NCBI GenBank assembly: GCA_918797485.1
Contig: CAKKNE010000005.1
Span: forward strand, 3,162,001 to 3,226,000
Source: Pelagomonas calceolata
Taxonomy: Eukaryota
Direction: 5' to 3'
DNA length: 64,000 nucleotides
Shown: one piece after another, positions 29,138 to 37,980 of the stretch
Numbering within the stretch: the first letter of the stretch is position 1
Layout: each line of letters opens with the position of its first letter
Made by a program: the position numbers and the translations under genes
The notes under the pieces: model-generated
Databases searched by the model: none
Seen by the model: the letters and a program-made list of their open reading frames with translations, nothing else
Told to the model about the DNA's origin: nothing

Positions 29138-30421
29138 CAGCTCGTCCGGCGGCAACAGCGCCTTCCGCGCGCAAGCCATCGCCTCCTCGCCCGTCGCGCA
29201 CGGCGCGTCTGGCGTGAGGCCGACGCCGGTCACGTCGACGCCTGCCGGGGTTTCGTAGTATGCGCGCGACACGAGGACCGCGCCGCCGCCCGGTATCGGC
29301 GCCGCGCGCTGGACCCGCGCCTTGCCGTACGTCTGCTGGCCGACGAGCGTCGCGCGGCGATTCGACGCCAACGCCGCGCTAAACAATTCGGCGGCCGATG
29401 CGGTTCCCGCGTCCACAACCACGACCATCGGCTCGCGAATAGGGGCGGGCCCCGAGGCCAGCCGCACGTCGACGCCCGTGCGCGCTCTTATCTTAGCGAT
29501 CGTCTTTCCGCCGTCCAAGAATAAGTCTACCGCTTTCACGGCGGCGTCCAGGTCGCCGCCGCCGTTGCCACGGAGGTCTAGCGCCAAAGATTTGGCGCCA
29601 TCCCGCCGGAGCGTCGCCACGGCGCCTTCGATCGCACTTGGCGTCGCGCCCGAGAACGACCGGACCGCCAGCACGCCCACTCCCTCGGCGACACCGCGCG
29701 CCTCGACTTCCGGCGCACTAGAATCCAACTGCGCGCGCACGAGCCGCTCGATTATTTTGTTTCCGCCCCGCGACGCCTTGATGCTGACCGTCGAGCCCGC
29801 GCGGCCGCGCAGCGCCTCCGATGCTGCGGACGCCGACGCCGACGCCGCGGCGGATTCATCGATTTCTACGAGGACATCGCCGGGCCTCAACGCGCTCGTG
29901 GCCGCCGGCGAGCCGGGCAGCACCTCAACAATTTCTATGCCACTGACACCCGGTGCCAAGCGAAGCCCGACGCCCGCCGGTTTCGCCCCCGCGTTCGCGA
30001 GCGTCGCCTCGGCGAGCGCCGGCGGCTTGAACCGCGTGTAGGGGTCGTTCAGACTTTGCAAGAGATCTGCCACGATCGCTGGCGCGGCCGATGCGTCGTC
30101 GGCGTTTCGCGCAGCGGTTTGCGCCCTCTTCACAGCGGCGGACCACCGCGGCGACGCAAGCAGTGACTCGTCGTAGAACAATGAGCCGACCGCTTTGACG
30201 ACGTCGTTGACCAACTCGATGGGCGCAGAGCCCTCGTAGACCTCGGCTCGCGCCACCAAAGGGTACGCTGCGGCCACCAGCGGGTACGCTGCGACCCATG
30301 CGGCGCCTAGGGCACGACGCGTCCAGAGCGGGCGTGCTGCAGGCGCTGCACACTGCTGCAGAGGTGCCAAAGATGCCGCGGTGGCGATAAGCGCTGGAAA
30401 TATGAGTCGATATGGATGCAT
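29114..30421 (-). CDS. C-terminal processing peptidase S41 (CtpA-like) with PDZ domain
   Basis: LNDPYTRF; GVGLRL..PGSPA; LDLRGNGGG; GTASAAEL; GQQTYGK; lumen-type leader (RR..ARA). Confidence 0.9.
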   Translation of the reverse strand: MHPYRLIFPALIATAASLAPLQQCAAPAARPLWTRRALGAAWVAAYPLVAAAYPLVARAEVYEGSAPIELVNDVVKAVGSLFYDESLLASPRWSAAVKRAQTAARNADDASAAPAIVADLLQSLNDPYTRFKPPALAEATLANAGAKPAGVGLRLAPGVSGIEIVEVLPGSPAATSALRPGDVLVEIDESAAASASASAASEALRGRAGSTVSIKASRGGNKIIERLVRAQLDSSAPEVEARGVAEGVGVLAVRSFSGATPSAIEGAVATLRRDGAKSLALDLRGNGGGDLDAAVKAVDLFLDGGKTIAKIRARTGVDVRLASGPAPIREPMVVVVDAGTASAAELFSAALASNRRATLVGQQTYGKARVQRAAPIPGGGAVLVSRAYYETPAGVDVTGVGLTPDAPCATGEEAMACARKALLPPDELGYVRTPN

Positions 30422-30501
30422 TTGACCGGCACGACGTCGCGAAAGCCGCCGGAGAGTGGCAGCGCTGCCCGGTTGGCGCTCGATATTAAATTTTAGTGCT
30501 T

Positions 30502-30524
30502 GCTAGTGTCTTACGGCCGCTAGC
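30502..30524 (-). promoter_or_regulatory. CTAG-bounded upstream element, copy 5
   Basis: gctagtgtcttacggccgctagc between divergent genes. Confidence 0.7.
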
Positions 30525-30675
30525 CTCGAGCTCAGTAGATCGCGACCGGCCGGCCGGATAGATCGCGACTACGCGCATCAGACGACCGAGAATTTCAATC
30601 GGTCGCGTTTGGCGTCGCGGCACTACCAGCGAGAGGTGGGATCTCATTAATTACCCTGAAATTGGCCTCAGTTGA

Positions 30676-31362
30676 ATGAATGGCACCGACACTGCACCGC
30701 TTAATATGGAGTCCTCAGGCTCGTATAATTCCCTGCCTGATGAGACGCGTAGAGGACCTTTAGAGCAAGCGTTCCGCCGCCGCACCGTGCGAGACGTGCT
30801 AGCACTCGTCGACGACCTCGACGCGAAGGCGGAGTTCGCGCCGCTCGAACGCGCGTACGTCGTCTACTCCGTGCTGAAGACGAGGCAGTACGCGGACGAG
30901 GGCGCGCGCTGGGCGAACCTTGGAGCAATCATTTTCTTCGTCGGCATCGTTTGTGCGGCGCTGACTCCCGCACTCGTTGCTTTGACTGGCATGTACGCCT
31001 TCAGCAACGCTCCCAAGTTCCACCGTCTCCAGTTCGCCGCGATCTGCGCTTCTCTAATGGGCACCATCGCGCACGCGCTCGATGATTCGTTGAGGCTCCG
31101 GCAGCGCGGCCGGGCGCGAATCGACCACGCGTGCGAGATGCGGGAGCTCTTTGACTCGTACTGCGCAGTGTCCATGGAATCAAGGAGTGAGTCGACCCCG
31201 GGGCTCGACGTGATATGGCACAGGTACTGCAACCTCGCGGGCCCGTTTGTCGCGGATGCCGAAGCGCCCGCGACGTCCCACCGCGGCGCCGCCTACCTCA
31301 CGTACTGCGACGCGTTCCGGCGGCTCCAGGAGCGGTGCCGCGCGGACGCCGCAACGCGGTGA
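30676..31362 (+). CDS. Two-TM protein, DUF4231/SLATT-like
   Basis: IIFFVGIVCAALTPALVAL and FAAICASLMGTIAHAL followed by a charged helix. Confidence 0.55.
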   Translation: MNGTDTAPLNMESSGSYNSLPDETRRGPLEQAFRRRTVRDVLALVDDLDAKAEFAPLERAYVVYSVLKTRQYADEGARWANLGAIIFFVGIVCAALTPALVALTGMYAFSNAPKFHRLQFAAICASLMGTIAHALDDSLRLRQRGRARIDHACEMRELFDSYCAVSMESRSESTPGLDVIWHRYCNLAGPFVADAEAPATSHRGAAYLTYCDAFRRLQERCRADAATR

Positions 31363-31488
31363 TCGCGGGCCTGATTCGGCCGCCTGACACATGTACATAC
31401 CGTGACCCACGAGTCGCTGCGATGGCGTGTGCACGCCGCCGCCGCCGCCGCGCCGCTGCCCACAGAACTAAGAAAATCCTACTAGTAC

Positions 31489-32730
31489 TTACTGGGCGAA
31501 CCCCTGCTCCATCATGAGCACCTGGGCCTTGACGAAGTCCCGCCGCTCCTCCTCGCTCAGCTTCATGACGTAGCGCACGCGGTCCGGCGCGCTCAATCTA
31601 TTAAACACCTCGACCTTTTTGCCGAGCTTCTTCAGGAACGCGGCCTTGTCGCTCGACGACAGGGTCGCCAGCTCCTGCCTCGCTTTCGCTTGTAATTCGA
31701 CGATCTGCCGCATCTCCTTGGAATCGGGCCGCAAGGAAGGGTCGCCGTCGGCTTGAGCTCTCCTACAAGCCTGCTGGGCCATGGCCGCCCAGGCCTGCAT
31801 GCCTTGCACTAGTTCCCGGTCTTCGCCAAAATCTTGCCCAATTCGATTGAGCTTGCCGCAGGCCCACTCCCGCTCGAAGCCCAGCGTCTCGAGCATATCT
31901 TTCTGGAGCTTGATGATCAATTCGTTGGGAGGCTGTTTTGTGCGTTTGAACTGCTCCGCGAGTAACTCTCTTGTACTAGGTAACTGCATCTTCGTATTGC
32001 ACGCGTCGAAGAACTCCAGTATACTCTTCTTGGGGAAGACACCACTCCTTTTGAGCTTCGATGGCTTCAGGGACTCAAGCGCGTCGATGAACTCCTGCTG
32101 GGCCGTGGCCATGAACTCCTCATGCAGTCCTTTCAACTCCTCGTCGTCGGCGTAGTCGCTGCGACAAGTACCGGCCAATTTACACCCTGCTTTTCTATCA
32201 ATGTTCATCGCATCAAATTTCAGTTGTTGCCGCTCGACCAACTGCGCCCCGGGCCGCTCCTTCGCGTTCCGGTCCCGCAGCGCTCGCCGCGTCTCGTCCG
32301 ACCGCATCATGGCGATGCCGTCCCTAAAAAACTCCGCGAGCTCGTCTCGGGTCATGGTTGTTCTCTTGTGAATCGGCGCGGGGTTCTTCTCGTCATAAGT
32401 CACGCGCTTCACGTCCACATCAAAGACGTCGCCTTTCTTCAGGTTGCTTGGTACTTGAAACGCGACGGCTCGTCCGTCGGGTAATGTTATGGTTTCTCTT
32501 TTACCAATACAAGTATCATCAGCAACCTCGACCCTGATCTGTTCCACTATTCCAGCGAGACGTACGCGGCTCGGCTCCATTGGTTTTGGTTTCGGCTTCG
32601 GTGCTGGTGCTGGTGCCGGCTCTGGGGCTTTTGGCGTCGGCGGCGTCGGGGGCCGCGCCGGCTCCGGCCGCTCCCAGGCCTCGCCGGCGTCTTCTTCCGC
32701 TTCTACTTCCAGGTGGCTGCCGAAGAACAT
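31489..32730 (-). CDS. Hypothetical helical protein
   Basis: 413-aa ORF with normal composition and two similar helical modules (AEFFRDG.. / LEFFDAC..). Confidence 0.75.
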   Translation of the reverse strand: MFFGSHLEVEAEEDAGEAWERPEPARPPTPPTPKAPEPAPAPAPKPKPKPMEPSRVRLAGIVEQIRVEVADDTCIGKRETITLPDGRAVAFQVPSNLKKGDVFDVDVKRVTYDEKNPAPIHKRTTMTRDELAEFFRDGIAMMRSDETRRALRDRNAKERPGAQLVERQQLKFDAMNIDRKAGCKLAGTCRSDYADDEELKGLHEEFMATAQQEFIDALESLKPSKLKRSGVFPKKSILEFFDACNTKMQLPSTRELLAEQFKRTKQPPNELIIKLQKDMLETLGFEREWACGKLNRIGQDFGEDRELVQGMQAWAAMAQQACRRAQADGDPSLRPDSKEMRQIVELQAKARQELATLSSSDKAAFLKKLGKKVEVFNRLSAPDRVRYVMKLSEEERRDFVKAQVLMMEQGFAQ

Positions 32731-33256
32731 GATTGGTCGCTTCCGATTGTTTTCGCGACGCTTACGCGCTTACGAGGCGATTGGTTTCGCTTAGCTTGTT
32801 TTTGAGGGCTTGAAATCGGAGCTTAGAGCAGCTTATCGAACGCGGTAAAAGCTGATTGGCAGCGTTTATACGCTCGCTACGAGTTGACGAATCGCTGCTA
32901 ACTATCGCTTGGCGGAAGGCAGCTATTTCGCGGTGGATTGATGGCCGAAGTCTAAACACAATAGACACACTAGCTTTTAAAGCAGAAACACCACCGCCTC
33001 GGAAAGAGGGCTCAAAGAGCCCTCACCAAGCCCGTGGAGACACGTCCGAACGTGCGTGCGACCGAAGTGCTCACAGCTCGCAGAGCTTAGCGCCTCCCAT
33101 CTCATTGTGCGAGGGACCGCACTGCGACGACCAGCATCTTCGCGGCTGCCCCAGGACAGCACAGAGAGCGCACGGCATCGACGCGGCTGCCCAACGCGGC
33201 TGCCCACAGGACACAGACAGGCAACAGCACACAGGCAACAACAACACTAAAGCACC

Positions 33257-36200
33257 ATGGCATTAGAGCCAGGAGCCATGATGAAGCTTAGGAGAGAACT
33301 CCTCCTCCTGAGGGACGGCACAGCGCAAGAAACAGAAATAAGAACGAACAAGATCGCGCAGTTAGGCCGAGCGCTCGAGGCCTGCGCCGCGCGAAGGCAA
33401 TTCCGAGGCCACGAGACGGCCGTGAGAACCGTCGCCGCCGGTTTATTGAGGCACGCCGCCGCCAGGGCCGACGACGAGTGCTGGAGCGGCGCCGACGCCG
33501 AGTTCTACAAGAGCTACGCTAGAGCTCAGTTCGGGGCGTGGAAACAACTGGGAGCTTGTGGTCACCCTGGGTTATTAAGAGGCGCACTGGATGGGTGGAG
33601 AAAAGCAAGAGAGTCGGGCGGCATCGAGAATCCGGATGATTTGGCGGGCCAGGGCGAGGTGCAGTTTTTTTCGGGCGATTACGGCGGGGCGGCCACTACA
33701 TTGGGTAGGTTGGTCGAAGCGACGTCTGGCGAGGGCGGCGGGCCCGAGCGACGATCCGTAGTGTTGCGAGTGGCCATGCTCTACCAGCACGCGTTAGATC
33801 AACATGGGCAAGCGGCAGCTTTGATCTTTCGGTTGGCGGAGAACGGCGGCGTGCCGCTGTTCTCGAATGCGGACCTCCTATTCTTACTCGCACGGGCGTA
33901 TGAGGACTGGAGCCGCACGCTGGCCGAACGGAGAGGCTCGGCGGAGAAGAAGGCCGAGGCGGAGAAACATGCTGCCACTGCCAGAGCTACTTTTGAAAAG
34001 TTATACACGGCGAACCTGCAGGTGGGCGCGTTCAAGAGAAGAGCTGGTGGGGCTCCACCGGATGCGAACGCCTGGTTGCACGATGCCGCTACTTGGCGAG
34101 CTTTGGCGGACAAGTGCGCCTTTGCTGGTTTAGACTTATATGCCGCGGATCTGTACGAGGAAGGGGCTCGGAGGGATGCGGATGGTGCGGGCCGAGCCCA
34201 TTGGTACCGATTAGCGAAAGCTAAAAGAAGGTGCGGCAAGCACGATGCGGCGTTAGGTGCGCTACGAGCCGCGATCGATCGCGCGCCTGAATCGACGCAA
34301 TTACGAGCCGTCGAGACGGCCTGGTCCAACGCCGAGGCGAACGACGACGACGAACACGCGGTGACTATCGATGCTTTCTTGGCTCGATTGCCTCCCGTTG
34401 GAAATGATTTGGCCATAGCGGCGACGGCGGTCGCCGCGGTCGCGAGGATGTGGCGCCAAAGAAAGCGAACGATCTACGCGCGCGAGAAGGCCGCCCAGCA
34501 AAAGTTACAAGAGGAGGAAGAAGATGAACAGTCTCAGGTCACCCTGGAGGAGATGATGCAGCCTGGGGAGCGTCCCAAAACGGCCGACATCGACACGGTC
34601 CTAGAAAAAGGCTTGAGGAGCGCCCTCGCGAAGGAGCAGAAACGAGCCGAAGAACTGGAGCTCAGAGTGGCCCAGATGGAGCACGAGAAGGAAGCCCTCA
34701 GAGACGCGGATCGGCATCGCGCCGAGATGGTCGAAAAATATGCACGTTTGGAGGACGAGGCGGAACGGCACAAGCGCGACGCGCAACGGTCAAGCGAGTT
34801 GGTGAAGGCTACTCGTGAGAATTTAATGTTTCTCACCAAAGCTTTAAAAATGGCCAAGGGCGAAGCGGACGCCTTACGCAAGGAGAAGGTCCAAGCTGAG
34901 TCAAGAGCTGACATGGCCGAGACCGCGGTTCGCGAAGCTCGAGAGGAGATTTCAAGGGCCATGGCTCGGAGTCCTAGTCCTGGGAGTGACCTCGACTCGC
35001 AATCAGTAGGATCACGGGTCAGCTTTGAACCATCTTTAGCACAAGGTTCCTGGGACCCTGCGAAGACGCAAGGACGGGACTTCGCCAAGGGCGTCTTGGT
35101 GCTGTCGTGCGGCGTGCGCACGCGCGACGGCCAGTCGCTACTCGTGCGGTTCGCGGCGCGCGACGGCAGGTTGGAGGCTCGGGCGTTGGACTGCTCCGGC
35201 GGGTCGGCGGGTTACGTCGTCCTGTGCCGCATTCCCGAGAACAGTAATACAGAGGAGCAACGTATGGTCTGCGAGAAGCTCGCGGCTCGATTGCAGGTAG
35301 TAGATGGCAGTTTGGTACTGGGCGACCCGCTACCACCAGATGAAGATAAAGCGGCTTCCAAACTCCAAGCGCGCATTAGGGGACGGAACGAGAGGTTGAA
35401 TCCCACGAAACCGCCGCCCAAGACCCAAGACGTCGCGGCCTCGAAGCTGCAGTCGCGCATCCGCGGGAAGAACGACCGCGAGCGATTAGACCGGGAGAAG
35501 CGAGCGAGAGAAGCCCCCCTGAAGGAACAACGGCGCCAGGCCCGGGAGGCGCAAATTGCCAAGGCGGCACAGCGCGAGATCAAAAGGTTGGACGCGTTGG
35601 CGAGAAGGCGCCTCGAGCAGAAGACGCGGAACCCCTACATTGCTACTCCGTTTGAAGAGCGCACGAGACGCGCGGAGCTCGAGGCGGGGCTGTTCCGGCC
35701 CGTCCGCACGTCGTCGCGGAGACGGGAGGAGGCTTTGCCGTCCTTGCCGTCGTTACCTTCCCAAGCGGGCGCCACGACGACGGGACGAAGAAGGGCGATA
35801 GCGCGCTACCGCAAACTAGGATATGTCCCGCCGGGCGAGCTCGACGCTACTTATTTGGAGCAGTGGCGAAGTGCTCTAAGGGAGGCGGCCCGGGGTTCTA
35901 CCGAAAGATTAGCGGTGGATGTCGCTGCGGTCCGGAAAGCTCATAGAGATGTCGCGCCGGATGTGGCCTGCTGCGCGTTGGCGGATGCGGAAGGGTCGGT
36001 CGCCGAGGCTCGGAATAGATTGGGCCAGCTCGGCTATCGGCGAGAATTGGATGTGGTGGCGAAGGCTATTGATGTAAGAGCCGTCGTGCTGGCCGCGGGC
36101 CCCCAGGAGTCGTTCCCCACGAGCGAGGAGGAGGTTTCTACGACTAAACCGATCGCGCGGAAGTCGCCCGATCGGGTCATGCAGCTGGCCTCCGTCGACC

Positions 36201-36412
36201 GCATGATGCATCCGGACGATAAGCTGGGCGCCGAGATCGCTACGCTCATGGCGATTGCAGCGCCGCCCAGGAGACGCAAAAAAGAAAATATGCGAAGCTT
36301 CATCGCGCGGAACATCGGGGGCAAGGTCCGGCATTTGGGGCGCTGGCGCAGCGACCTCGGGCGGGACCCGTTCGCGATTCCGGGGGAACATCATCCCGTG
36401 AGTCTTAGGTAA
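33257..36412 (+). CDS. TPR + coiled-coil + IQ-motif protein
   Basis: WYRLAKAKRRCGKHDAALGALRAAIDRAP (TPR); AASKLQARIRG and AASKLQSRIRG (IQ); long coiled coil. Confidence 0.8.
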   Translation: MALEPGAMMKLRRELLLLRDGTAQETEIRTNKIAQLGRALEACAARRQFRGHETAVRTVAAGLLRHAAARADDECWSGADAEFYKSYARAQFGAWKQLGACGHPGLLRGALDGWRKARESGGIENPDDLAGQGEVQFFSGDYGGAATTLGRLVEATSGEGGGPERRSVVLRVAMLYQHALDQHGQAAALIFRLAENGGVPLFSNADLLFLLARAYEDWSRTLAERRGSAEKKAEAEKHAATARATFEKLYTANLQVGAFKRRAGGAPPDANAWLHDAATWRALADKCAFAGLDLYAADLYEEGARRDADGAGRAHWYRLAKAKRRCGKHDAALGALRAAIDRAPESTQLRAVETAWSNAEANDDDEHAVTIDAFLARLPPVGNDLAIAATAVAAVARMWRQRKRTIYAREKAAQQKLQEEEEDEQSQVTLEEMMQPGERPKTADIDTVLEKGLRSALAKEQKRAEELELRVAQMEHEKEALRDADRHRAEMVEKYARLEDEAERHKRDAQRSSELVKATRENLMFLTKALKMAKGEADALRKEKVQAESRADMAETAVREAREEISRAMARSPSPGSDLDSQSVGSRVSFEPSLAQGSWDPAKTQGRDFAKGVLVLSCGVRTRDGQSLLVRFAARDGRLEARALDCSGGSAGYVVLCRIPENSNTEEQRMVCEKLAARLQVVDGSLVLGDPLPPDEDKAASKLQARIRGRNERLNPTKPPPKTQDVAASKLQSRIRGKNDRERLDREKRAREAPLKEQRRQAREAQIAKAAQREIKRLDALARRRLEQKTRNPYIATPFEERTRRAELEAGLFRPVRTSSRRREEALPSLPSLPSQAGATTTGRRRAIARYRKLGYVPPGELDATYLEQWRSALREAARGSTERLAVDVAAVRKAHRDVAPDVACCALADAEGSVAEARNRLGQLGYRRELDVVAKAIDVRAVVLAAGPQESFPTSEEEVSTTKPIARKSPDRVMQLASVDRMMHPDDKLGAEIATLMAIAAPPRRRKKENMRSFIARNIGGKVRHLGRWRSDLGRDPFAIPGEHHPVSLR

Positions 36413-36450
36413 GGAACCTTTTCATGAGCCGTGCGTTGCAAATAAACGAG

Positions 36451-37293
36451 CTAGCAATTAATAAAACGACACGCGCCACGTCTGTTTCCCCCCTGGGCAC
36501 GGTTGAAACGAAGGTCCGCCTCGACAATGGCCTTCGTCGCTACGCCGCGGGGCGACGCCTGGCAAACGGTCGGCACGTCCGAGTCGCGCTTCGTTATCAT
36601 ATGCACCTTGCAGCAACACCTCCACCAGGTTTTCAAGTCGCTCGGCGCGTGAGCAGGGTCCAACCCACGCCACTGGTGGTCCCGCGCCTCGAGCACGTCC
36701 CAGCACCGCCCCCTCGGAGCGAGATATTGAAACCGATTGGGCGCCTCAATATCCTTGTCTTTTCTGAAATGGCGACCGAGCGAGTCCTCGGGGCCGTAGC
36801 CCTGCGCCGCGCAAAATCCGCGGTCGGCGCAGAGGTCGTCAAAGAGGGTAATGTACTCGAAAAGCTCCCCGCCGCGCTCCAGGGCCTCTTCGTACGCCCG
36901 CTGATCCCACGGCAGTGACGGCCGCCCCGGAACCGGCGCGGGCGGCGGCACCGGCGGCACCCACGGCAGTGAGTACGCGGAGAACATGAGGGTCATTTTT
37001 GTCGTACTCGGACCGTCGGGGTATGCGATATCTTTGGCGTATTTCTTTAGCCAGTAGGCGTCGGCGCACGACTGGTCCGGGAAGCCCATGCCGCGGAAGT
37101 ACGACCGGTTCGCCTCGTGACCGTCGCACAGCGCAGAGCGGGCGTTGGCCGGGTCGCAGTGCCAGGTCCGTTCGATCAAATTGGGCCGCAGGACTACATA
37201 ATAAGTTTCCTTGGTGAAATATAATACCTTCCCCACTGTGAGCGCAAGGCAAGTGAGCAGGCACGCGAGGGCTGTTGTCAGTTCTACCCTCAT
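36451..37293 (-). CDS. Hypothetical Cys-rich protein with N-terminal signal/anchor
   Basis: MRVELTTALACLLTCLALTVG leader; WWRCCCK motif; homologous fragment next door. Confidence 0.7.
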   Translation of the reverse strand: MRVELTTALACLLTCLALTVGKVLYFTKETYYVVLRPNLIERTWHCDPANARSALCDGHEANRSYFRGMGFPDQSCADAYWLKKYAKDIAYPDGPSTTKMTLMFSAYSLPWVPPVPPPAPVPGRPSLPWDQRAYEEALERGGELFEYITLFDDLCADRGFCAAQGYGPEDSLGRHFRKDKDIEAPNRFQYLAPRGRCWDVLEARDHQWRGLDPAHAPSDLKTWWRCCCKVHMITKRDSDVPTVCQASPRGVATKAIVEADLRFNRAQGGNRRGACRFINC

Positions 37294-37313
37294 CTGGAGG
37301 AGAGATAGTTACT

Positions 37314-37487
37314 TGGGACGTGTACGAGGCGCGGGACCACTGGCGCGGGGTGGATCTTGCTCACGCACCGAGCGACCTGTCCGCGTGGTGGAGGTGTTGC
37401 TGCAAGGTGCTTGAAATCTCTTACATGCAGTCGTACCGAGACTTGGATGTGCCAAGCGTTTGCCAGGCGTCGCCCCGCGGCGTAGCA
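37314..37487 (+). pseudogene. Inverted partial paralog of the C-terminal part of gene 36451-37293
   Basis: WDVYEARDHWRGVDLAHAPSDLSAWWRCCCKV..DVPSVCQASPRGVA vs WDVLEARDHQWRGLDPAHAPSDLKTWWRCCCKV..DVPTVCQASPRGVA; no N-terminus. Confidence 0.8.
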
Positions 37488-37779
37488 CTAATGTACCGCA
37501 AAAACAGCGCCAATGGCTGGATCCAGCGTTGGAAAATTGGTTATTAGATATTTGGGAAACAAAAGGCGGTCGCGCACACGACCGTGACGAGCCGAACCTT
37601 TCTGGGTGTGCCCTTAGGCCCAACGTGAGCTGAACGTTCGCCTTATACATCGCGAAATATCGGAACCCGAGTACAAGATATTGTCGGAGCAAATCCGTTC
37701 CCGCGCCCGCGATGGGAAGTAATTCCTTGATAGAACTAACCCCGAGAGATATCATGGGGGTAATTATGGGGGTGAAAGT

Positions 37780-37803
37780 GCTAGCGGCTGTAAAGACACT
37801 AGC
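37780..37803 (+). promoter_or_regulatory. CTAG-bounded upstream element, copy 6
   Basis: gctagcggctgtaaagacactagc upstream of UTP13. Confidence 0.7.
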
Positions 37804-37980
37804 AAGCCAAGCTCTGCGACGGCGACGAGGCTGTAACAGGCTCCGTGAGTGGCAGTGATCGACGTTGACACACTGAGAGCTGTCCATCAATCGCGCACAG
37901 CCGGAGCAGCAATCTTGCACCACCAGTGCGTGCACAATACGCAGCAGCACTGTGCAGCAAGTGCAAGCAGTCTACGCGGC

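Noticed and set aside
30255..30297. 21-bp duplication (AAYPLVA x2) in the CtpA leader
   Set aside because: Simple slippage duplication in a targeting peptide; no sign of a wider system.
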